In this document: positions 1-9,526 of the stretch, piece after piece | How positions within the stretch are numbered: the stretch's first letter is position 1 | Layout: the number at the start of each line of letters is the position of its first letter | DNA from: Octopus sinensis | Taxonomy: Eukaryota | Reading direction: 5' to 3' | DNA length: 18,408 bases | Assembly (NCBI RefSeq): GCF_006345805.1 | Contig: NW_021824865.1 | Location: 1-18,408 of the forward strand | Made by a program: the position numbers and the translations under genes | Notes under the pieces: model-generated | What the model saw: only the letters and a program-made list of their open reading frames with translations | Databases searched by the model: none | What the model was told of the DNA's origin: nothing

Positions 1-304
1 TGCTACAGAGTTTTGTTTCGTGTTTTTTTTTTTCCCCCATGATGTGATCAGCCTGTTATGCTTTTGATCAGGTATCAGATCAGGCAGCCACTGAGCAGAA
101 ACCTTCGTCATGCCAAGTTCATTGCGCAGAAATATTCTCAACTTTCTCATGGGATATATTAATAGCATTTACTGTTTAGTTTATTGTCAATCGCCTGTCA
201 TCCATCATCATTTGGTGAACACGACAATGTTTTCCTTGGTGGTAACAGTTGCAGGACATCCAGACTCTGGATCATGTTCAAGACTCTCCACACAATCGTC
301 GACT

Positions 305-490
305 TACTCTCTCTTTTACTTGTTTCAGCCATTTGACTGCGGCCATGCTGGAGCACCACCTTTAGTCGAGCAAATCGACCCCACGACTTACTCTTTGTAA
401 GCCTAGTACTTATTCTATTGGTCTCTTTGCCGAACCACTAAGTTACGGGGACGTAAACACACCAGCATCGGTTGGGGGACAAACACAGAC
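305..490 (-). mobile_element. SINE, 3' half (abundant octopus-type family), tRNA head absent
   Basis: TACTCT..TTTTACTTGTTTCAG.CATTTGACTG.GGCCATGCTGGAGCAC...GGGACAAACACAGACAC recurs at ~3300, 16388 and 17253. It ends in a (CA)n/(TA)n tract. Family and orientation are recognised from memory. Confidence 0.8.
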
Positions 491-500
491 ACACACACAC

Positions 501-538
<38 letters not shown>
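485..538. repeat. (CA)n-(TA)n compound microsatellite
   Basis: Direct reading. Confidence 0.95.
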
Positions 539-539
<1 letters not shown>

Positions 540-540
<1 letters not shown>

Positions 541-830
541 CGGGAAGCTTTATGAAAATAAACAAAAGACGAAGGCAGGTGGAATACAAACAAACAATTG
601 TATTAGTATGGCGCTCAGGAAATATAAATAAAACAAGTCTTTAACGTTTCGAGCCTACGCTCTTCAACAGAAAGATACACAGAGAAGAAACACAGAAAGA
701 AGGAGAGAAAAAAATGCGTGCAGAGGCTAGCGAATCAACACGGCGATCTGATTTCGGCCAGAAGTCAAAGATCAAACGTGAGACGCAAGAGCGAAATTAG
801 GGGAGATAATAGGGTTAAATGTTCTCAATG
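540..830 (-). mobile_element. Penelope-like element terminal (pLTR-type) fragment carrying a hammerhead motif; boundaries approximate
   Basis: Contains AACGTTTCGAGCCTACGCTCTTCAACAG, whose reverse complement is a hammerhead-like core of the kind typical of Penelope-like element termini. No ORF is seen. Confidence 0.5.
638..675 (-). ncRNA. Minimal type-I hammerhead ribozyme motif with variant core CUGUUGA
   Basis: Minus strand reads UCUUU-CUGUUGA-A-GAGC(GUAG)GCUC-GAAAC-GUU-AAAGA. Stem I is a perfect 5 bp, stem II a perfect 4 bp plus tetraloop, stem III the palindrome ACGU, and the cleavage triplet is GUU. Confidence 0.7.
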
Positions 831-833
831 TAC

Positions 834-1745
834 AGGAAGTTAGTAGGTCACTACCTGATCGTGAGGTGGCTGCATACAGCATGCAGTTACACCAAGAGAT
901 GAGCAGAAGGGGAGAACTGGAGTGACATGGTGGGGGAGGGGACAGTGTCAATGATGCGAGAAATCCTGGAGAGGACGAGAGTGGAAGACCCAGTTAGAGG
1001 GAACTGGCATGTGCCCAAATTGGATAGCAGGATGGTATGGTGTGATACTAACAGCATTGCGATAGGCATCATGTTGGAAATTGGAGGTACCAAAGTGGAG
1101 GATGCCGCCTGGCTTCGCAAAGCAGACGACTACAACCACATCAACATTGCTGAGTTGGGCACGATGCTGAAGGGAGTGAACGTGGCCCTGAAATTAGGGC
1201 TGCACCCCATTGAAATCAAGACAGATTCAGTTACCATGCTTGGCTGGGTAGGATCAGTGATCACCGACAAGAAGAGAGTGCAAACCAAAAGAGCTGCACA
1301 AATGCTAGTGAAGCACCGCCTAGAGATTCTAGGAGAGCTGATTGGCAAGTTCAACCTGAAGCTGAATGTAGTCACAGAGACACAAGGTAAACGTTCTAAC
1401 CAGGGTAAAAAAGGCCTGGGGAGCTGGAAGAATTGAAGCAAGGGGTAGCCGTAGTGTGTCAGTTAAATAACTCTGAGCTAAGGAAACTGCATGCCATGCA
1501 TAATATGGGCATGGGTCAAACCCTGTATCTCGCCAGGATGATCGACGCCGACATTACCAGACGGAGCATCCAGAAGGTGGTCGAGAACTGCAACAGGTGT
1601 CAGTCCATCAACCCTGTTTTGGGTGAGCATAAGCAGGGAAACATTTTGGTAGAGCACAACTGGAGACAATTAGCAGTGGATGTAACATACTACTAACAGG
1701 GAACATATCTCTCGATGGCCATTTGGAGGGAATCTTGTCTGCCCT
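834..1745 (+). pseudogene. Gypsy/Ty3-like LTR retrotransposon pol fragment (RT connection, RNase H, integrase zinc finger, start of core), degraded
   Basis: RKLVGHY..WL..ACSY.KR*; RNase H acidic motifs WCDTNS / HINIAEL / IKTDS; integrase HAMHNMG...CNRC followed by W.QLAVDVT. There is a stop at 900, a frameshift near 1385-1435 and a stop at 1694. Confidence 0.85.
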
Positions 1746-1782
1746 GCAGACAAGATGGCATGTATTCTAAATGAGGGATTCA

Positions 1783-2190
1783 AAGCCAGGTGAAATCATA
1801 GTCATGATTGATGCTGGTGTCATGTAATTGTGAAACTGTAGTCATGGCTGTTGTTGGTGTCACGTAACTGGCACATAAAAAGCACCATTCGAGCATTGGG
1901 CCTGATGGAGGCAAAGTGGCTGAGTACCTTTTGATGCTTGAGGAGAAGACCTATCAAACTGAGCAAAATCACAGTTGTGGCAGATACCAATGTCATACAA
2001 ATGGCACCTGTGCCAGTGGAAGGTAAAAGCACCCATTACACTCTCAAAGTGGTTGGCATTAAGAAGGGTATCCAGGCATAGAAAGCCATGCCAAAGCAGA
2101 CTGGAATCTGGTGCAGCCTTCCAGCTTACCAGCCCTGGTCAAACCATCAACCCATGCCAGCATGGACAACAGACATTAAATGATGATGAT
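1783..2190 (+). mobile_element. RTE-type LINE 3' UTR fragment (or RTE-tailed SINE)
   Basis: Homologous to 8060-8482 (AAGCCA.GTGAAATCATAGT, AAAAGCACC, GTGGTTGG..TTA.GAAGGG.ATCCAG). Ends in CAGCATGGACAACAGA..TTAAAT(GAT)n. Confidence 0.7.
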
Positions 2191-2207
2191 TGTTTTGCAC
2201 TTACAAC

Positions 2208-2720
2208 TTAACTTGGATTTGTTGTTTTAAATGCTAAAAGCTGTGGTAATCATTCGGGGAAATCATCTTGTATAGATGCTGAGTGCTAAAAAAGCAGAGT
2301 TTATATCAGTAAATGAAATTTCATCAGCACTGGCAGATGGGACTGTTGCATTGCATGATTTCAGTAAAATTTGTGCCTCATCAGCAATAGAGACCCTACC
2401 ACTAAATGCAAGATTGAAACTTGTTGAACAGATGCACTTTAACACTGACTAAACAGTCAGTGATGTCACAAAAAAAATCAGTGGGCCATGTATCAATTAG
2501 CTATTAGTGATGGAAGCAGCCTTTGTATCAAATATTAATTTTTGCATCTAATTTAACTTGGATTTATTATTCTCAATGCCATAGGTGGCAATAATCATTC
2601 AGAGAAAACATCATGTATACATGTTGAGTGCTAAAAAAAAGCACAAATAATACTGACAGATGAAATTTTGTCAGTACCGGTGAATGAGACTGTTCGGTCA
2701 TGTAATTTCAGTGTAATTTT
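2208..2720. repeat. Diverged direct duplication: ~165 bp copies at 2208-2372 and 2553-2720 (offset 345)
   Basis: Shared anchors TTAACTTGGATTT, TAATCATTC, TGAGTGCTAAAAAA, ATGAAATTT, GACTGTT and ATTTCAGT; about 70% identity by eye. Confidence 0.7.
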
Positions 2721-2879
2721 CACTCTGTCTGTGTACCCATGCATGTTAGCATTGAAGGCAGACGTTAAACAATGATAATGTTGATATCTGTTTCAGCCTC
2801 GCTGTCTCTCTGTCACACTAACCTTTCATCCTCTGACACAAGTTTCCCTCCTCAAATGCTCCCACCCATCTCAAAATTC

Positions 2880-3298
<419 letters not shown>

Positions 3299-3299
3299 T

Positions 3300-3530
3300 T
3301 ACTCTATTACTTGTTTCAGTCATTTGATTGTGGCCATGCTGGAGCACTGTCTTTAGTCAAGCAAATCCCCCAGGACTTATTCTTTGTAAGCCTAGTACTT
3401 ATTCTATCTGTCTCTTTTGTCGAATTGCTAAGTTACAGGGACTTAAACAAACCAGCATTGGTTGTCAAGCGATGCTGGGGGGGGGGACAAACACAGACAC
3501 ACAAACACATACACACACACACACACATAT
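3300..3530 (-). mobile_element. SINE, 3' half (same family as 305-490)
   Basis: Clear homology to 305-490 and 16388-16590; ends in (CA)n. Confidence 0.8.
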
Positions 3531-3859
3531 ATATATACCACTCATTAAGATTATCTCAACAGATTTTCAGTAGAAATTATATCTAACACTGATTGTGTTA
3601 TGTTTCATATCTGAGGCTCTTGACATAAACAACAATGAAAGCAGAGATTTAAAAAATGGGTTATGGGCTTATGACATATTTCAAGAGTTTTTGTTCCTTC
3701 GTCAGCACCACATCCAACCCATTAGTCATCTACAAACTCTTGCTTAAATAGCCAAATCAGTGCTGAACCTCCAATGAATACATAAATTTGATGGGTGAAT
3801 TTTTTTCTGTACGGCTGCATTTCAAGAAATTTAAAAGCCGACCACCAGACACTTAGTAA

Positions 3860-4575
3860 ACTTACAAAGCACATTGCTAAAATTGCCAAGAAGGCTGAGG
3901 GTGTCTTGGCATCACTCACCAAGTCCTTTGTGAGCTGCTCTCCGGCTATCTATCTGTGGCTTTATATAGCTATGGTACGACCTCACCTGGAATTTCCATC
4001 ACCAGTCTGGAACCCCTATCTTGCCCAGGATATTAATCGTCTGGAAGCCGTTCAGCAACGTGCAACCAAGAGAATACCATCCATAAGGCATTTGCCATAT
4101 TCTGAACGCCTTACTTCCCTGGGCATGGATACATTGAAACTCCGACGTCTAGCAGCTGACTTGGCAGACACCCATAAAATTATTAACCATCTTACTAACA
4201 ATAACTCTGAGCACCTTTTCAAACTCCATCTGTCTAACACCTGTGGACATGTTTACAAAGTCAGAAAACAGCACAGCTGTCATGACTTTCGAAAAAATTT
4301 TTTCACGCTAAGAGTTGCTGAAGCATGGAACAAACTGCCAGCATCAGTTGTAAGTTGTCGGAGCACTGCATCCTTCAAAACTTCCATGCTTCCTGAGATT
4401 CGCCAACACTACACCTGATTTTCTCTCTTCCATACACATGCAAGCATGTATCTGACTCATATATTGTTCACTTTCCAGACATTTGTACATTACTTCATAT
4501 GCTTTATATGTACTTTTGACAAGTCGTGGTGCACGTGAGCACTGAATACAATAATTTCATTATTATTATTATTAT
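3860..4575 (+). mobile_element. CR1/L2-group LINE, 5'-truncated: RT C-terminus, 3' UTR and (ATT)n tail
   Basis: VRPHLEF.SPVWNPYL.QDI..LEAVQ.RATK.I..IRHLPYSERL..L....L..RRL..DL...HKI and FFT.RV...WNKLP are diagnostic CR1-type motifs. Stop at 4416-4418; (ATT)n tail at 4557-4575. Confidence 0.92.
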
Positions 4576-4617
4576 AAACCATTACCATCAGATTTACAGC
4601 TACTTGACATCTACTTA

Positions 4618-5457
4618 CACTGTGCAACAAATTTCAGGTTCAAAAAAAGTACAAGTGAAGTAAGACTTGTTTCTGGGTCAAAAGATTGTCCTGATTCTGA
4701 TTCTGACCTTTATTTCTCCAGATTAGGCACCGTTTTCCTGTACCATGAACCATATGTTTTATAATATACTGCATAATATTGCATACTGAAAGTTACAAAA
4801 AACACAACAAAAATTTAGTTGGTATACAAAACATATATTGGTTATGAATTAAAAACACACCTGTCAGTTTAAACAACTTTTGTCCTTCTAAGCCTCTTGT
4901 GCGGAGTGTGATCTGTTTTTTTATACCCCAGCAGTAATCTGCCAACATACCAGGGTTCCATTTTCCTTTGAATCATCGCTCCATCACTGAAATATCCTGA
5001 TGGAATCTTTCGCCATGTTCATCACTCACATTACCAAGATTTTCCACAAAAAAATCCGAATGAGAGTGAAGCACATGAACTTTTAGAGACATGTTACATC
5101 CCATATCATGATACCAGGCACTCAACGTCTTCACACATGTAAGGCAACACACATGAGGCGCCCATGACTTATCCTGGTCTCCTAAGTAACAATCGAAGTA
5201 TGCCTTGTACATTTTCTTGATATGGCAAAAGTCAATTCCCTAAAGATATAACAGAATCTGTTTGGATCATTTTTGCACTGACTTCCACTCATTGTTGAAA
5301 ACAAATAAGATCTGAAAAATAAAAAATAACATTCAACACAAGCTTTGAATCACATTGTAGGTGTTACTAAGATTGGTCTCTAGCCCTGGGTTGAAACCCA
5401 TTTTACAATGCAGTTGAGAATTTTATTTAATAATAATGATAAAAAGGGTATACAGTG
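4618..5457 (-). mobile_element. Internally deleted DNA transposon, Chapaev-like (CMC/Transib-related); right boundary tentative
   Basis: Transposase remnant at 4869-5292. Short possible termini CACTGT (4618-4623) and ACAGTG (5452-5457); no matching TSD found. Superfamily assigned from recalled motifs. Confidence 0.55.
4869..5292 (-). pseudogene. Transposase remnant with N-terminus fused directly to C-terminus
   Basis: MSGSQCKNDPNRFCYI, (frameshift), YKAYF...LGDQDKSWAPHVCC..C...L..W, then GCNMSLKVH.LHSH.DFF.ENLG.VSDEHGERFHQDI..ME.*FKGKW...MLADYCW. Confidence 0.85.
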
Positions 5458-6458
5458 ACAATTCTGTAGAAATCATGCCTAATTCAACAAAAAGAAGGCC
5501 AGAAATGGATTTCCCATGTCAATTTGCATATAAAAATGGCCACAGATCTCTTGTACTTTTTTTGAGTGTTGCAGTTATTATAATGCTGGTTATCTACTCT
5601 TATGTGGTTATCTCTCTTATGTTTTTTCTTCTTGTCGTCTTTATCACCATCTCTTGTTTAGACGTTATCAGCTCTAAAGACAACTAACTGACAAACCAAC
5701 TTGTTTTCAGCTTGATAAATGGTGGGGGAAATTATCATTTCAACCAGGAAACTCTGGGCAGCAGTTTTTACAAGATTTGTGGTCTTTTACTTTAAGATTA
5801 TCTTTACTCTCTTAGATGATCAAATGCTTTTCTACTTCTTGAATCATTACTACATAATATGTGTGTGAGTTTGTGTATGTATGTATCTATGTGTGTATGT
5901 GTATGTGTAAATAGATCAGAGACAGAAAATGGAATTCATAAGGTTCTTTATTCAAAACCACTACACTTGTTTCGACTCATTCTTGCACCTATAAAAAATA
6001 GGATCACATGCGGTCGTATCGTGTAAGAGACACGGTCGCACGTGGTCATATTCTTAATGAAATATTACAGACCATATAATACATACAGCGGCAATAGAAC
6101 ACAAGTGGAATGACAACAAGATTTCTTTTTGAGATATATACATTATTTATTTTACATATTTTACAATCATGTTGGTTGGAAGTTTGTAAGTGTTAGCATG
6201 TTTTTGTGTCCGTGTGTTCATGAGTGTGACAGAGCAAATCAGGTGAATGTGATTGACATAGCAACAGATAGTAGCAGATGGCTTAAGGTAGTTCTTAGAA
6301 GAATTAGAACTCAAGACAGATAATTGATTTACCGTTTATGAGGTACACGGAGTGTAAGAGTTCCATATCAAGATGTTGCGTCTCGTAGTTGAGATTAATT
6401 GAATCACTTGTTGTGTTTTATCTTTCTCCTGATATGAATATACTTCCAGATATATTAA

Positions 6459-6738
6459 CTGTAGCCGTTTTTCCCGTGGTGAGATTTTCACCTAACCGCT
6501 AGAGTTGAATCTGTAGTTGTCTTATGTACAAATTAAACCTTAGTAGATAGAGTCGATGTTTGGCGATGAGTTGTGTCTGTCGCTTGGTTTTTGCTGCGTC
6601 TTCATTATATATTCTGCTTGGTTATTTTTCTCTAGTTATAGATATCCTGTAACCGTTCTTTTCGTGGTGATATTTTCACACTAACAGTATGAGAGGAATC
6701 TGTAACATCTTGTATACAAGCTAAATCTTCGTGGATAG
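6459..6738. repeat. Diverged direct repeat: ~90 bp copies at 6459-6550 and 6647-6738 (offset 188)
   Basis: CTGTAGCCGTTTTTCCCGTGGTGAGATTTTCAC vs CTGTAACCGTTCTTTTCGTGGTGATATTTTCAC (28/33), continuing through GAATCTGTA and GATAG. Confidence 0.8.
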
Positions 6739-6874
6739 TTATGCTTGGTGATCGCCTGCCTTTCGAACCGGAACATAGTTGGTATGCTCTGTGTGGTCAG
6801 AGGTCTGCCCTGAAAAGGACTGTAACCTAAGATGAGCTTTGTGGTCAAAGACGGATATTTGTCTGAGAACACTT

Positions 6875-7030
6875 CTTTATATAAGGTTTATGTGGCTCAA
6901 AATGAACTTCAGAAATGGAAAGCTGTGATTGGCTGCTTGGAACAAATGGCGCGAAAATAAGCGGAGGCAAATCGCGTCACGTGACAACCAACGGTGCGAA
7001 CGTGGTAGAGATCACGTGTCAGCCAATCGG
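6875..7030. promoter_or_regulatory. Pol II promoter-like cluster: TATA, two opposed CCAAT boxes, E2F site, two E-boxes
   Basis: TATATAAAG (minus, 6875-6883); AGCCAATCAC (minus, core 6927-6935); TTTTCGCGCC (minus, 6948-6957); GTCACGTGAC (6976-6985); CACGTG (7013-7018); AGCCAATCGG (plus, 7021-7030). CpG-rich within an AT-rich background. Confidence 0.55.
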
Positions 7031-7295
7031 ATTAGTGTTAACAACAATGTTAAACTAGCCGAAGATGTTTGTAATCTCGAACGAGATTATTCTTAATACT
7101 CTTCTCAAACAGTGAAGATAGCAATGAGGGAAACGATATTGCTACACACCCGTAGCTCATAGGTGAGGTGTTGTAGAGTCAATTGTCTTGCAGCACAGGT
7201 GTAGAATGCACCTTCTCAAGTGACTTGCTATATCTTCTTGCCATTTATGAACACTATGGAGTTCCTGAAATATATCCTGTAGCATGTGCATATCT

Positions 7296-7705
7296 TATTT
7301 CTTTATTGCACACAAGGGGCTAAACATAGACGGGACAAACAAGGACAGACAAAGGGATTAAGTCAATAGATTGACCTCAGTGCATAACTGGTACTTAATT
7401 TATCGACCCCGAAAGGATGAAAGGCAAAGTCAACCTTGGTGGAATTTGAACTCAGAACGTAATGGCAGACGAAATACCTATTTCTTTACTGCCCACAATA
7501 GGCTACACACAGAGGGGACAAACAAGGACAGACAAACGGATCAAGTCGATTATATCGATCCCAGTGCGTAACTGGTACTTAATTCATCGATCCCGAAAGG
7601 ATAAAAGGCAAAGTCGACCATGGCAGAATTTGAACTCAGAACGTAATGGCAGACGAAATACCATTAAGCATTTCGCCTGGCGTACTAACGCTTCTGCCAG
7701 CTCGC
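7296..7705 (-). mobile_element. tRNA-derived SINE, tandem dimer (full unit 7479-7705 plus head-truncated unit 7296-7478), 11-bp TSD
   Basis: A-box-like AGCTGGCAGAAGCGTTAG and B-box GAGTTCAAATTC on the minus strand. TGTGCATATCT flanks both sides (7285-7295 and 7706-7716). Unit offset is 184. Confidence 0.92.
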
Positions 7706-7886
7706 TGTGCATATCTGCTGTATTATGATATATGGCTACCAATGACTATGGACAAGCTTTGCATAGCATTCTACAAGGTTTTCACCTGAATTTTACTTAA
7801 CTGTACATAGATAGATAAATTGAGAGAAGAGAGAAAGAGTGTGTCTGTACATATAGGCACACATATACACACTCTTTCTACATATG

Positions 7887-8482
7887 TGGACAGCTGTGTG
7901 TACAAGTGATGATGTCTAACAGTGGAGGAAGCTGTGGAAGAGGGAGACCCAAGTCATGGGATGAGGTGGTAAAGCATGATCTTCGAATGTTGGGCCTCAC
8001 AGAGGTAATGACTACTGACCAAGAACTTTGACAATATACTGTGCTTGAGAAGACCTGTCAAGCCAAGTGAAATCATAGTTGTAGCTATTATAGTTGTGAA
8101 GCCAAGTGAAATCATAGTTATGGCATAGTTGTTGCTGTCATGCAACTAGCACCCATGCTGGTAGCATGTAAAAAGCACCTTTCAAGTGTTGGGCCTCGTG
8201 GAGGCAATGACAAATGACTGAGACCTTTGGCATTATGTTGTGCTTGAGGAGAGCCATCAAACTAAGTAAAATTGCAGATACTGGCATCCTACTACTGCCA
8301 CCAATACAGGTAGCATGTAAAAGCACCCATTACACTCTTGGAGTGTTTTGTGTTAGGAAGGGCATCCAGTTGTAGAAATCATGCTAAATCAGACTGGAGT
8401 TTGATGCAGTCCCTCAGGTTCCTAGCCCTGGCCAAATTGTCCAACACATACCAGCATGGACAACAGATGTTAAATTATGATG
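7887..8482 (+). mobile_element. RTE-clade LINE 3' end (ORF C-terminus, 3' UTR, (GAT)n tail)
   Basis: VEGSCGRGRPKSWDEVVKHDLRMLGLTEVMTTDQEL*QYTVLEKTCQAK* matches the RTE C-terminal GRP..W...V..DL motif. Ends TTAAATTATGATGAT. Confidence 0.85.
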
Positions 8483-8664
8483 ATACCCACAAACACATAA
8501 ATACCTACAAACATTTTAACATACAAACTAAAAAAAAATGGGAAAATATTTGGATATAAGTTTTATTATTTTTTCAGCTTCCATAATTATACTGTAACAG
8601 TTATGACTTACATGTGCATGTTATTGTAAATCTTTTACAGTGTTTGTTTTATGCATTTATTCAG

Positions 8665-8756
8665 GAAAATGTTATGGCCCCTCAACACTCATAGCCCCTT
8701 TGACTTTGGACCAGTTGATGTTGTCATGGAATGGAAAACCAGATTGTTGCCTACAG
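8665..8756 (+). CDS. Candidate 92-nt exon of an unidentified host gene
   Basis: Acceptor TTTTATGCATTTATTCAG|G and donor CAG|GTGAGA. Two frames are open: KMLWPLNTHSPFDFGPVDVVMEWKTRLLPT and KCYGPSTLIAPLTLDQLMLSWNGKPDCCLQ. It lies in non-repeat sequence; the protein is not recognised. Confidence 0.35.
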
Positions 8757-9526
8757 GTGAGAAAGGATTAAGTACAGAGGTCAGGGTGGCATTTTTAGAG
8801 AGGGAACATAGAACAGGTTTAGAGAGAAAAAATGAGTGGGGTTCAGTAGAGATGGTATGACCTATGTGTGAGGAACATAGTCCAGTGGGGTAGCAGCTGA
8901 AGAAGTAGGGTGAAGAGACAGTGCACCTATAAGATAGAAATGAAAGTGTGTTGGTGAGTTACTTCATGCTAATCAAATGAGTGTTTTCGTTTTTGCATGT
9001 GGCCTGTGATGTTTGTTTCTGAAGCACCAGTGCTGTTCTAGATGTAGGAGAGAGTATTTCATTATTTCATTGAACATCTCATTAAAAAGCTTTGCAGGCA
9101 ATAACTAGTTGTTTAAGACTGATGTATTTTCTGTCAATGAAGATACAAATATCTAAGCTCTTGGGATACAGCATTTGCTCTGCTGTGTATATAAGGTGAC
9201 CAAGGAAGATTATTAGTAATTGCAAGAGCAAGGATTTGTCATGACTTTGAAGGTTTTAGCTGTATGGTCTGAGAGACAATATTGTGAAAGACTTTTTCTA
9301 ATGTAATGTGTGCACGATTGAAGGAAATTTTATATCATTTATACTGTGTACCATATGTAAAAGGATATTTGTTCAGTCATTTATATAACAACAAAAATTA
9401 ACTGATAAATCTTTTCAAATATCAGATGGCAGTCTTTAAAATTTTCATAATTCAGTTTAATTACTGCTTTCCCTTACTTTTTAATGTCTTAATCCATCAT
9501 GAATTAAACCACGCTGAAAAAAATAT

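Larger units (their letters stand above)
5906..7146 (-). mobile_element. Possible LTR-like or unclassified repeat segment
   Basis: TGTA...TACA ends; on the minus strand CCAAT, TATA and AATAAA occur in LTR order; raised CpG content. No TSD was found, so it could instead include a host promoter. Confidence 0.3.

Noticed and set aside
2212-2637. Gap-free peptide pair LGFVVLNAKSCGNHSGKSSCIDAEC* / LGFIILNAIGGNNHSEKTSCIHVEC*
   Set aside because: Both are preceded directly by an in-frame TAA, with no start codon or splice acceptor; the DNA duplication alone explains the similarity.
3795-4418. 207-aa ORF as a host gene
   Set aside because: It is the C-terminus of a CR1-type LINE RT; the ORF start lies in unrelated flank.
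5711-5815. Exon LDKWWGKLSFQPGNSGQQFLQDLWSF after a branch point and acceptor at 5710 (similarly the acceptor near 15493)
   Set aside because: No convincing donor, no recognisable homology, and pyrimidine-tract AGs are common in this AT-rich DNA.
5968-5978. GAGTCGAAAC on the minus strand as a fourth hammerhead
   Set aside because: No CUGANGA core or matching stem II 5' strand was found upstream; kept only as part of a hairpin cluster.
6850-7047. GACGGATATTTGTC (6850-6863) and GTGTTAACAACAA (7035-7047) are both identical to words in the hammerhead SINE
   Set aside because: They are in opposite relative orientations, have no flanking homology, and 13-14-mer matches are plausible by chance in a post hoc search of AT-rich DNA.
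7060-7089. CCGAAGA...TAATCTCG-AA-CGAGATTA as a ribozyme
   Set aside because: The core is CCGAAGA/GAAC rather than CUGANGA/GAAAC and there is no stem II; it is just an 8-bp inverted repeat.
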